This document shows, one piece after another, positions 9,929-18,217 of a DNA stretch of 64,000 nt; position 1 is the first letter of the stretch; every line of letters begins with the position of its first letter. Source of the DNA: an archaeon (GTDB taxonomy: Archaea; Iainarchaeota; Iainarchaeia; Iainarchaeales; JAAZKV01); contig JBAZKP010000001.1 in NCBI GenBank assembly GCA_041650735.1, positions 240,786 through 304,785 on the forward strand, given 5' to 3'. The position numbers were made by a program, and so were the translations under genes. The notes beneath the pieces are model-generated. The model was given only the letters and a program-made list of their open reading frames with translations. It was not told the origin of the DNA and did not search any database.

Positions 9929-10002
9929 TGGGACTGGGGAGATTTGAACCCCCGACACCACGGTCTTCAGCCGTGTGCTCTCCCAGGCTGAGCTACAGTC
10001 CC
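9929..10002 (-). tRNA. tRNA-Phe (GAA)
   Basis: Reverse complement folds as a cloverleaf with anticodon loop CUGAAGA, T-loop GGUUCAAAUCC, 74 nt, no encoded CCA. Confidence 0.85.
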
Positions 10003-10069
10003 AGAGATAAATAAAAACTCCAAAGAAAAGCTTTTTAATTGAAGCATAGGAAAAAAGGCTTTTGAAGAA

Positions 10070-10435
10070 CTAACCCATCCTCTTTAATTCAGAGACATTA
10101 ACAAGAATGGCTCCTTTAGAAGGCAACCCTTTGTTTTCAGGAATATTTTTTACAAGTTCAAGATAAGAGCCTTTTGTGAAATACTGCGCAGCACCTTTCA
10201 GTTCAAACCCTGCTTCTCCAACAAAAAAAGATAAAGCAACAGAATTATTATTTTGAATATTTAAAATAGTCTCTTTCATAAAATTATCAGTAATCAACAC
10301 TTTGTCAGAATCCAGAACCTTTGCATACATTACACAAATTAAGTGAGGGTGATTCCCCTTATCAACTGTAGAAAGAGAAAGAATATTTTCTTCAATTAAT
10401 TTTTTTAAATCTAAAGAAATAACCATTTTTTTCAC
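10070..10435 (-). CDS. Pyridoxamine 5'-phosphate oxidase-like FMN-binding split-barrel protein
   Basis: 121 aa with general PNPOx-like fold composition; weak assignment. Confidence 0.4.
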   Translation of the reverse strand: MKKMVISLDLKKLIEENILSLSTVDKGNHPHLICVMYAKVLDSDKVLITDNFMKETILNIQNNNSVALSFFVGEAGFELKGAAQYFTKGSYLELVKNIPENKGLPSKGAILVNVSELKRMG

Positions 10436-10442
10436 CTAAAAG

Positions 10443-10515
10443 CGAGCCCGTAGGGAATCGAACCCTAGACACCCAGATTAAGAGTCTGGTGCTCTACCGA
10501 CTGAGCTACGGGCCC
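10443..10515 (-). tRNA. tRNA-Lys (CUU)
   Basis: GGGCCCGUAGCUCAGUCGGUAGAGCACCAGACUCUUAAUCUGG..GGUUCGAUUCC cloverleaf. Confidence 0.85.
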
Positions 10516-10664
10516 ACAATTAATTTAACACACCAAAATTTTATTTTGGGCACCTCGCGAAAGCAAGGCTTTTAGGTAATTACCAAATCATTTAGTAATT
10601 ACTGCATAAAAACACGCTTTTTTGCAACCTGCTTTTTCTTTTTTTGTAAAGAAAAAGCGGAAAG

Positions 10665-10736
10665 CGAGCCTGTAGGGAATCGAACCCTAGACACCTGGAT
10701 TAAAAGTCCAGTGCTCTACCTCTGAGCTACAGGCCC
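10665..10736 (-). tRNA. tRNA-Lys (UUU)
   Basis: GGGCCUGUAGCUCAGAGGUAGAGCACUGGACUUUUAAUCCAG..GGUUCGAUUCC cloverleaf. Confidence 0.85.
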
Positions 10737-10780
10737 ACCTATAGATTTGCTTTGAAAAACTTTATAAAGCTTCTAAATAC

Positions 10781-11407
10781 TCATTTCAGAGCAAGGATTT
10801 CTTTAACACGCCTCTTACCCATGCTAAGCACATAAAGATTATCTAATTTAGTTGTGGGGGATTTTATAAAAAAACGATCAATTGTTCCCTTATAATTCCT
10901 CATCTTTTCAGGCTCAACAATAATTTTTACTACAAACTTACCTAATTTAATTTGTTTCCTAAACCTAAAAAGAAATTCAGAAAAGAGGGCATCAGAAGGA
11001 TGCATCCCCAAAGATTTTTTTAACCCCTGCGAAACACGACTTTCATTAAATGCAGAGTGCCGCCACAACCCCTTATTTGAATAATAAGGCAAGTATTCAT
11101 TTCTAATCCTCTGAATATTTGAAACTAGAAGAACTCCTTTTGAAGGAGAAGAATATTCCAAAACAAAACGAGGAACCTTTTTTGAATCCATTAAAATTAA
11201 GTGAGGTTTTTTTGAAAACCCAGTCATTATACCATTGCTTACATTAAGATGCTTATCATCATAAACCCAGCTTTTTGAACGATGAACAGAAACCCCCTTA
11301 GAAGACAAAAGACTTTTTCTGACAGGAACCGTGCGTGTTTGTTCCCTTGAATGGAACCTTATATCTTTCATGCTAAAAGGAAAATCAACTCTTTTTGATA
11401 AAGGCAT
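10781..11407 (-). CDS. Hypothetical protein (start uncertain; ORF track extends to 11524)
   Basis: Long ORF with no recognisable motifs. Start moved to an internal Met so that it does not crowd the divergent trm56 promoter. Confidence 0.35.
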   Translation of the reverse strand: MPLSKRVDFPFSMKDIRFHSREQTRTVPVRKSLLSSKGVSVHRSKSWVYDDKHLNVSNGIMTGFSKKPHLILMDSKKVPRFVLEYSSPSKGVLLVSNIQRIRNEYLPYYSNKGLWRHSAFNESRVSQGLKKSLGMHPSDALFSEFLFRFRKQIKLGKFVVKIIVEPEKMRNYKGTIDRFFIKSPTTKLDNLYVLSMGKRRVKEILALK

Positions 11408-11452
11408 AACTAAGTTTATAACACAAACCATATTAAAATGAATTGTGGAAAA

Positions 11453-11989
11453 ATGGCACAACAAGAAATAATTATCATAAGATACGGCCACAGAGATGTA
11501 AGAGATTACAGAGTAACAGGGCACTGTGCACTAGTTTCAAGGGCATTTGGGGCAAAAAAAATAATTATCTGTGGAACAAAGGAAGAAAGTGTTGTTAATA
11601 CAATCCAAGGAGTAAACAAAACCTGGGGAGGAAACTTTAAAGTTGAATTCACGGATTCTTGGAAAGAAACTGTAATTAAATTGAAAAAAGAAAATTACTG
11701 TATTATACATCTAACAATGTACGGTCTTCCGGTACAAGAGGCAGGGGAAATGCTGACAGAAAAAAAGAAAATAGCTATTATTATAGGATCACAAAAAGTA
11801 GAAAGAGAAGTTTATGAAAAAGCAGATTATAATGTTGCTGTGACCACACAGCCACATAGCGAAATAGCTGCATTAGCAGTATTCATGGATAGAATTCAAA
11901 AGGGAAGAGAATTAGAGAAAGATTTCAAGGGAGGAAAATGCCAAATTATTCCTCAAGAACGCGGCAAAAAAGTAATTAATACAAAATAA
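11453..11989 (+). CDS. trm56: tRNA (cytidine56-2'-O)-methyltransferase, SPOUT family
   Basis: MAQQEIIIIRYGHRDVRDYRVTGHCALVSRAFGAKKIIICG matches the aTrm56 N-terminus ([28 protein letters not shown]). Confidence 0.75.
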   Translation: MAQQEIIIIRYGHRDVRDYRVTGHCALVSRAFGAKKIIICGTKEESVVNTIQGVNKTWGGNFKVEFTDSWKETVIKLKKENYCIIHLTMYGLPVQEAGEMLTEKKKIAIIIGSQKVEREVYEKADYNVAVTTQPHSEIAALAVFMDRIQKGRELEKDFKGGKCQIIPQERGKKVINTK

Positions 11990-12059
11990 AACCAATTTTT
12001 AGTGCTAAAAGAAACCTCCTTTGCTATAGTTTAAAAACACTTAGTAAAGTGAATATTTT

Positions 12060-12593
12060 ATGCCTTCTAAATCAATTGTGGATCTTGCGTTAGTTGGGGA
12101 TTTACTTGATACAATAGGGGGGCAGGATGTAATTAATTTAGTAAAAGTGTGTGAAAAAAAGAAAAAAATGGCTACGGATGAAGAGATATCTAAAAAAATG
12201 AAAAAAAAAGTAACTGAGGTCAGAGCTATGTTAAACAAGCTGCACTTCAGAGGAATAGCATGTTACCAAAAAACAAGAAATCAAAAAACAGGGTGGTATA
12301 ATTACACTTGGGAAATAAAAAAGGATAGAATAGCAGAAATTATAAGTGAAGAACAAAAAGAAAATTTAGAAAAATTAACCCAAAAAATGAATTTAGAAGC
12401 AGATTATAGTTTCTTTGATTGCGAAAAATGTAATCATAGAGAGGTATTTGAAGTTGCAGCAGAATATAATTTTCTATGCCCAACGTGTGGCGGAAGTATG
12501 ACTTCCGCTAATGACCCTAATAGGCAGAAAGAAATAAAAACTAGAATAAAAAAAATTGAAAAAGAGTTAGGAATATTAAACAAAACAAAGTAA
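12060..12593 (+). CDS. tfe: Transcription factor E (TFIIE-alpha homologue)
   Basis: Winged helix plus Zn ribbon. YQKTRNQKTGWYNYTW and FFDCEKCNHREVFEVAAEYNFLCPTCGGSMT parallel Sulfolobus TFE (YRKTRDKDSGWFIYYW; FICPQ..FKCLKCGSQLT). Confidence 0.85.
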   Translation: MPSKSIVDLALVGDLLDTIGGQDVINLVKVCEKKKKMATDEEISKKMKKKVTEVRAMLNKLHFRGIACYQKTRNQKTGWYNYTWEIKKDRIAEIISEEQKENLEKLTQKMNLEADYSFFDCEKCNHREVFEVAAEYNFLCPTCGGSMTSANDPNRQKEIKTRIKKIEKELGILNKTK

Positions 12594-12755
12594 AAACACA
12601 AAAACCAGGACATATTTAAAAGATGATGTTGAAGAGTATTAAAAACTAAAATAGTTTTTATAGCAAGAATAAAAGAAAAATAAGGATTTTAATTAAAAAA
12701 GCTTTGCAAAAAGAGCTTAATTAGTTAAAATTTACTGTATTTTTCTTTATTTTCT

Positions 12756-12830
12756 AGCGGGGTAGGGCAGCCTGGAGTGCCCGTCGGGCTCATAACCCGA
12801 AGGTCGGAGGTTCAAATCCTCTCCCCGCTA
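12756..12830 (+). tRNA. Initiator tRNA-Met (CAU)
   Basis: AGCGGGG..CCCCGCUA with the A1:U72 pair. Anticodon stem closes with three G-C pairs (UCGGG CUCAUAA CCCGA), the archaeal initiator signature. Confidence 0.8.
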
Positions 12831-13019
12831 TGAGTAAAAATGAGCGCTTTTTCTAAAACTTAACCCCCTTAGTTCCAGTACTGATACAAAGAACAAATAT
12901 TTAAATATTTCGGCAAACAACGAATTATTTAGAAATATTATTACTCTCTCAAATAAACAAAAAATTAATCCTGGCAAAGAAGCTAAAAAATTAACTGTTT
13001 TTGACCTATCACATTAAAC

Positions 13020-13215
13020 AAAAGCTAGTAATTACCAACCATAAAAACAATAAACTCTAAAAAAACTAGGCTCACTTGAAATTATTTACATAAAAAAAGT
13101 CAAAAAACCAAGTAAATACATATAATAATTAAAAATAAAGTAATTACTAGTAATTACAAGTAATTAAAATAATGATAACTCATTACAGTAAAGTATTTAA
13201 ATCATTACAGTCATT
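13020..13215. repeat. Cluster of palindromic (T)AGTAATTAC repeats and CATTACAGT direct repeats
   Basis: GTAATTAC at 13028, 13140, 13150 (variant at 13160); CATTACAGT at about 13183 and 13206. Lies between tRNA-iMet and the first gene of the AT-rich island. Confidence 0.5.
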
Positions 13216-13232
13216 ATATTAATGATGAAATA

Positions 13233-13661
13233 ATGGCAAGCATAATTGACTATATTAAACAAATATTAGGGTTCAAGGCTAAAGAGCAAGGAAAACCTCT
13301 TGCGACAAGCATAGTGAGTGAAACAAAAGTAAAGATAGAAATAAGATCTATATGGGATTTCCTCCAATTCAATGAACACACCCAGGCCTTTCATTTAGCA
13401 AGTGTTATAAGGTTTGATGAATGGGCTGCAATGGATGAAATAAGGAGAAGAATCTTTGAACTCTTCCAAATCGACTATGAAAATGAAAGGAGTTTATACC
13501 CTTATCTTAAAACCATGGTTGATATAGGGTTAATTGAGACTAACAATATAGGGGGAAAACGAAAATGGAGGAAGAAGGATTTACTAATAAAACTTGAAAA
13601 AGAAGAAAAAGAAGCTCAAAAACAAGAAGCTTTGGCAGAAGCTGCCCAAAAACAAGCTTAA
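13233..13661 (+). CDS. Hypothetical protein, possible winged-helix DNA-binding
   Basis: 142 aa ORF downstream of a GTAATTAC palindrome cluster; no family recognised. Confidence 0.35.
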   Translation: MASIIDYIKQILGFKAKEQGKPLATSIVSETKVKIEIRSIWDFLQFNEHTQAFHLASVIRFDEWAAMDEIRRRIFELFQIDYENERSLYPYLKTMVDIGLIETNNIGGKRKWRKKDLLIKLEKEEKEAQKQEALAEAAQKQA

Positions 13662-13878
13662 AATGCATAAAAAAGATAATTTTTACTTATTTTACTTTAA
13701 ATTAACTTAAAACTAAAGAATAAAATACTCAATTTCTTGGACACATGTTCTGGTAAGTAAAAAAGATTAAATTGGTTATTAGAGGCAGTATAACCTATTT
13801 AATTACAAAAATGAGTTATTAGATAGAGAAAATAAGGGAAAAAAACAAACTTATTAAAAAATTTTAATAAAAAAAAGT

Positions 13879-14520
13879 TTAATTTTGATTTAACCCTGGT
13901 TGCGGTAAAGGGGTTTGAGTTCCATTATGTTCAGTTTTCAATTTCTTATACAACTCATAAAACTCTAAAAGAACAGGAGATTGCTGGTAAACTTGTTTAA
14001 ACCAATCTAAATCAACTATACTTTGTGCTTCCTTAACAAAAGAAGCTTTGTAAGTAGGATTAGCTCCCTTTTCAACAATCCTTTTCATTTCAGAAGAAAA
14101 CTTAACTAACCCTTCCTCTCCTTCAACAAACTTCCTTGATAAAAGATTCTCCAGAGCAAGAATTACCTCTTTTTCCTGAATATCCTTTTCATTAAGGAAA
14201 TAAGTGCATTTCCACTCCCCTTTCTGCTGCCAATTATGAGTTGGATTATGGCCTGTTTTAAAAAACTCTTGTAAAGATTGAAAGGCACTAGGGGGAATAA
14301 TTACACAATTTTTGCCAGGCCTAATATAAGGAAAGGTAGAAAGAATACCATTTCTGTGATAATGATAATTTTTTCCTGATGTTTTATACACAGCTTGAGT
14401 ATAACCATAAATAGCTCTGAAAAGCTTTTGATAGGTATAAGAAGAATGTTTAATAGAATCAGGAATTATGAAACGATATTGAACAAAATAACCTCTAATA
14501 GCCACACCCAACACTTCCAA
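13879..14520 (-). CDS. Hypothetical protein
   Basis: 213 aa ORF in an AT-rich island; no family recognised. Confidence 0.35.
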   Translation of the reverse strand: MEVLGVAIRGYFVQYRFIIPDSIKHSSYTYQKLFRAIYGYTQAVYKTSGKNYHYHRNGILSTFPYIRPGKNCVIIPPSAFQSLQEFFKTGHNPTHNWQQKGEWKCTYFLNEKDIQEKEVILALENLLSRKFVEGEEGLVKFSSEMKRIVEKGANPTYKASFVKEAQSIVDLDWFKQVYQQSPVLLEFYELYKKLKTEHNGTQTPLPQPGLNQN

Positions 14521-14692
14521 TAATATGTTATTTAAAATTTTAAAAAATATCTTATGTATATATATTATACATATGTGTTTTTAAATTATAAATTTTTTAT
14601 GTTAATTTTAAATAATGTCCAAGAAATAGAGATAAAAATATTTTTTTTAATAAAAAAGGTTATTTAAAAAAATAAGAAAGTAAGGGGAGGCC

Positions 14693-15010
14693 TTACCTTC
14701 TATAATATTTATATCTTAATTGTGAAGATGTAGGTGCAGGTTCGTTTTTAGAATCATCTTCAACAGAAGGAACATCCCTACTCGAAACAATAACAATATC
14801 TTTAACAGATTTTACATTTCTATAAGGAATGCTTTTTTCGCTTAAAATCTTTTTAGCATCTGACTTTGTTTTTACTTTAAGAGGTTCTGTAGTAATTGTT
14901 TCTAATTTTCCTTTTTCAAGATTTATTATTATATCATAAACCTTACCCTTATAACCAGCCTCTATATCGTAAAGATCCATACCAAAAAGTTTTGACAATC
15001 TAATACTCAT
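14693..15010 (-). CDS. PRC-barrel domain protein
   Basis: MSIRLSKLFGMDLYDIEAGYKGKVYDIIINLEKGKLETI fits the archaeal PRC-barrel pattern. Confidence 0.5.
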   Translation of the reverse strand: MSIRLSKLFGMDLYDIEAGYKGKVYDIIINLEKGKLETITTEPLKVKTKSDAKKILSEKSIPYRNVKSVKDIVIVSSRDVPSVEDDSKNEPAPTSSQLRYKYYRR

Positions 15011-15263
15011 GTTAAATCCTCCCTTTTAATTATACAGGAAACAGCAAAGAAGTATATAAATCTATTCTTAAAAATAAAAAACTTCAAAACAGTTAGAAAA
15101 GCAAACTTATCAAAAATAATAAAGACTATACATAAACAAAGGGTTTCTCATTTAATTAATTTTATTTTTAAATAAAAAAAACCTTTATCTACATAACCTT
15201 TTTTGGGTTTGAATTCTCTTTTGAAGTAAAATTATTGGAAGTATGGAGTGTGTGCCATAGGAA

Positions 15264-16217
15264 TTAAAGCTTGTCCAAAGGGCTTACGACTTTTTTTAAC
15301 TGATCATTTGCAACGCTTGTATAAATTTGGGTTGTATTCAAGTTACTATGACCAAGTAGGGACTGAATATATCTAATATTTGTTCCTGCTTCAAGCAAAT
15401 GAGTGGCATAGCTGTGTCTTAAGCAGTGAGGAGTAACATGCTTGTTTATTCCTGCGTTCTCAGCAGCTTTTTTTACTATTCTCTGCACAGTATCTGTAGT
15501 AATGGATTTTCCATTTTTCTTTGAAAAAACATACTCTGATTTGATTTTTTTCTTATCAAGATATTTTTTTAAATCATGAATCCAATCTTTTGACAAAATA
15601 ATTATTCTATCCTTGTTTCCTTTCCCTGATTGGATTAAAGCTGTTCTCTCTTTCAAGTTTAGTTCCTCAACTTTTAGTTTTACCACTTCTGATACTCTAC
15701 ACCCTGAACCATACATAAATTGAAGCATTAATCTATTTCTTCCAAATTTAGTATTTTGAAACAAAGCACGTATTTCGTCCTTGCTAAGAACTTTTGGTAA
15801 ACTCTTTGCTTTTTTAGGAATTTTTATTTCTTCAAGAATATGCATTTTCAAGTGTTTCTTAAACATATATTCCATAGCAGCATGAACTAATGCTAGAGTG
15901 GCATTAGCACAACCCTCTTCTTTTTTTTTAGCCAAATAACCAATTATATCTTTCTTTTCAAGTGTCTGCACAGGTTTATTGATTGAGTAGAGAACATCCT
16001 TCCCATATAATAAATACATTTTTAGTGTTTTTGAAGAATACCCCTCAATAATTAGTTCCTGTTTAATTTCCTTTAAGAGATTCTCAAATTCAGGGTTCTC
16101 ATTTATAATTTCTTTTTCAAGGGGGTTGCTCTGCGCTAAGGGAGCAATATTACCGGAAGAAGGAAGGGGGGTAGGCAGGGGATGGGAAACATCAGATTCC
16201 TTGTTTTCTTCAGTCAT
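15264..16217 (-). CDS. xerA: Tyrosine recombinase, XerA/XerCD type
   Basis: LMLQFMYGSGCRVSEVVKLKVEEL (box I Arg) and HCLRHSYATHLLEAGTNIRYIQSLLGHSNLNTTQIYTSV (HxxR..Y catalytic box). Confidence 0.8.
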   Translation of the reverse strand: MTEENKESDVSHPLPTPLPSSGNIAPLAQSNPLEKEIINENPEFENLLKEIKQELIIEGYSSKTLKMYLLYGKDVLYSINKPVQTLEKKDIIGYLAKKKEEGCANATLALVHAAMEYMFKKHLKMHILEEIKIPKKAKSLPKVLSKDEIRALFQNTKFGRNRLMLQFMYGSGCRVSEVVKLKVEELNLKERTALIQSGKGNKDRIIILSKDWIHDLKKYLDKKKIKSEYVFSKKNGKSITTDTVQRIVKKAAENAGINKHVTPHCLRHSYATHLLEAGTNIRYIQSLLGHSNLNTTQIYTSVANDQLKKVVSPLDKL

Positions 16218-16300
16218 AACACACTTTAGTTTCTTAAACTTATATTAATTTCGTTAGGAGGCGGCAAGGTTTTTAAGCGCGACAGGGAATATTTCTGTAT

Positions 16301-16555
16301 ATGATGCGAAAACCACAGAAACCTTTAGAAGGAGCAAAGCTGAAAGACACAGCTGACATGGTTGCTTGGAGAAAAGAGTTTGAAAAAATGAAAACTGAGG
16401 ACCACATAAACAAGCTAGCTTCACTTGGGCTTGATGATGAAGACCTTGAAGAGTTCAAGGAAATGAAGTCCGGTAAGAGAAGCATTGAGCAAGAAATGCT
16501 TGGGGGAGAAGAAGTCCCTAGCGAAGAAGTACCAAAGAAAAAAGCAAAAAAATAA
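16301..16555 (+). CDS. Hypothetical acidic/K-rich small protein
   Basis: 84 aa ORF; no family recognised. Confidence 0.3.
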   Translation: MMRKPQKPLEGAKLKDTADMVAWRKEFEKMKTEDHINKLASLGLDDEDLEEFKEMKSGKRSIEQEMLGGEEVPSEEVPKKKAKK

Positions 16556-16618
16556 AAATCCAGGCAAAACTAGTTCTAGAGAGACCCCTGACTGCATTAT
16601 TATTAAAAAATATTTTAA

Positions 16619-17461
16619 TTATTTTTTTTGTGCTTTAATTCCTGAAGAATTTTTGTTATATTTACAATTAGAAAAACCAGCTTCTTCCAGACGCTTAATT
16701 AATAAAGGAAAAAACTCTTGTCCTTTTGTTTTCCCGGGATTAGGGCAGTAATGGTAAAGTAAAGCCCCGCGTTTCATAACCCTAAAAAGATCTAAGTAAA
16801 AGCTTTTTGAGTACAGTTCCTCCCCAAAACTAGTTGTAGGAGGATCATGAAGAACTCTATCAAAATAATTGTTTTCAAAAGATTTAATCCCTTCAAGAAT
16901 GCTGTTATTTACCAGTTCTATTTTGGGATTGTTAAATAGCTTTTTAGAATAAGGATTGTATTCAGCAATCCTCAGAACATTAGAATCCTTTTCAAAGGTA
17001 AAAACCTTTTCAGCCTCCTTTGACAATAATATTGAAGTATAACCAAGGCCGCAACAAGTATCTAAAATGAGGCCTTTCACAGGAGCAATTTCCTTAACCA
17101 TGAGCTCTGCACTTGTTTTTGGGCTTATTTGTTTAAATCGGTGCATAGGAACAGAAGATATTGTAAGAGTAGGCCAGTCATGAGTTGGTTTCAATTTATA
17201 ATAAAGATTAGTATCATTTGAGAAAAAATCTATTGATTTAAGAGTATTGTCTTCAGCAACATAAATAGTGTTTTCTTTTAATTTCTCAAGTTCTTTTAAC
17301 AAAATTTTTTGATTGCACAACAAAACAAAAGGAGGGGTTAAAATAACTTTTTCTTGGCTCTTACCCAAATCCAAACTCAGGAAAACCTGAGAATGTCCAA
17401 GATTTTGAGTGTTTATTATCTTTTCTGCTTCATTTTTTGTTAAAATAGCCCTATCCAACAC
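16619..17461 (-). CDS. Class I SAM-dependent methyltransferase with DPP motif (putative RNA/N6-adenine or m2G MTase)
   Basis: Motif I LDTCCGLGYTSILL; motif IV VLHDPPTTSFGEELY. Confidence 0.6.
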   Translation of the reverse strand: MLDRAILTKNEAEKIINTQNLGHSQVFLSLDLGKSQEKVILTPPFVLLCNQKILLKELEKLKENTIYVAEDNTLKSIDFFSNDTNLYYKLKPTHDWPTLTISSVPMHRFKQISPKTSAELMVKEIAPVKGLILDTCCGLGYTSILLSKEAEKVFTFEKDSNVLRIAEYNPYSKKLFNNPKIELVNNSILEGIKSFENNYFDRVLHDPPTTSFGEELYSKSFYLDLFRVMKRGALLYHYCPNPGKTKGQEFFPLLIKRLEEAGFSNCKYNKNSSGIKAQKK

Positions 17462-17561
17462 TAAAACCCAGGTATTTACCTTTAAAAAGGTTTAAATACT
17501 ACTTTTGCCGCAATATATACTGGAACTGCTTTTTTTAGAAGTTTCCAAAAACTTTGGATAG

Positions 17562-17792
17562 GTGAGCCAAGTGAGTCATGTATTGTTAAACGTAGGTGTC
17601 GATGAAGACTTAAGACTGCAGCTATTGGCTGAGGAACAGAAGATGAGATCTAAACAGCCAGAGGCATGGACTAAGACAAAATTCAGAAAATACGCTAATT
17701 TTGGAAGAAACAGGAAAAAAACTGCTGAAGAAATATTAGGCATAGAGCCAAAACAAGAAAGAAATGTTTCTAAAGTAGCTAAAAGAAAATAA
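17562..17792 (+). CDS. Hypothetical small basic protein
   Basis: 76 aa ORF; no family recognised. Confidence 0.25.
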   Translation: MSQVSHVLLNVGVDEDLRLQLLAEEQKMRSKQPEAWTKTKFRKYANFGRNRKKTAEEILGIEPKQERNVSKVAKRK

Positions 17793-17877
17793 CTTTTTCC
17801 TAAACATTTGATTTATTTATGCATGGGCACTTCATATGTGTCCTGCAATAAAAAATCACTTTTTTTATTAAAAAATT

Positions 17878-18168
17878 TTATTTAAGTACTTCAAGGCTTC
17901 CTTTTCGCCCAGCACTTATTTGGAGTTTCCCTTTGTATTCAGAAACCCATCCATTAGTAATTTTTATTTTATCCCCATCATTGACTTTTTTGTATTCATC
18001 ATTCCATAGGGTTAAGGAAACTTCCTCTCCTGTCTCATCTTTAACTGCCGCATTGCACACAGTTCCCTGTCCGCTTGCAGTAGCAAATGCCCGTGGCTCG
18101 CCTTTAGTGACAACCTCGACAGTAAGTTCATCAAAAGGCATTCTTGGTTTCAAATCTTTTATCATCAT
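17878..18168 (-). CDS. ssb: Single-OB-fold ssDNA-binding protein (Sulfolobus SSB type)
   Basis: IKDLKPRMPFDELTVEVVTKGEPRAF..GDETGEEVSLTLWNDEYKKVNDGDKIKITNGWVSEYKGKLQIS parallels SsoSSB (NLKPNMESVNVTVRVLE..GDETGRVKLTLWGKHAG..GQVYKIENVRVRTFSGGLELS). Confidence 0.65.
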   Translation of the reverse strand: MMIKDLKPRMPFDELTVEVVTKGEPRAFATASGQGTVCNAAVKDETGEEVSLTLWNDEYKKVNDGDKIKITNGWVSEYKGKLQISAGRKGSLEVLK

Positions 18169-18217
18169 TTATATCACTGTAAAAGCAAGACACAAAAACA
18201 TTAAAAAAGGGCTGTAT

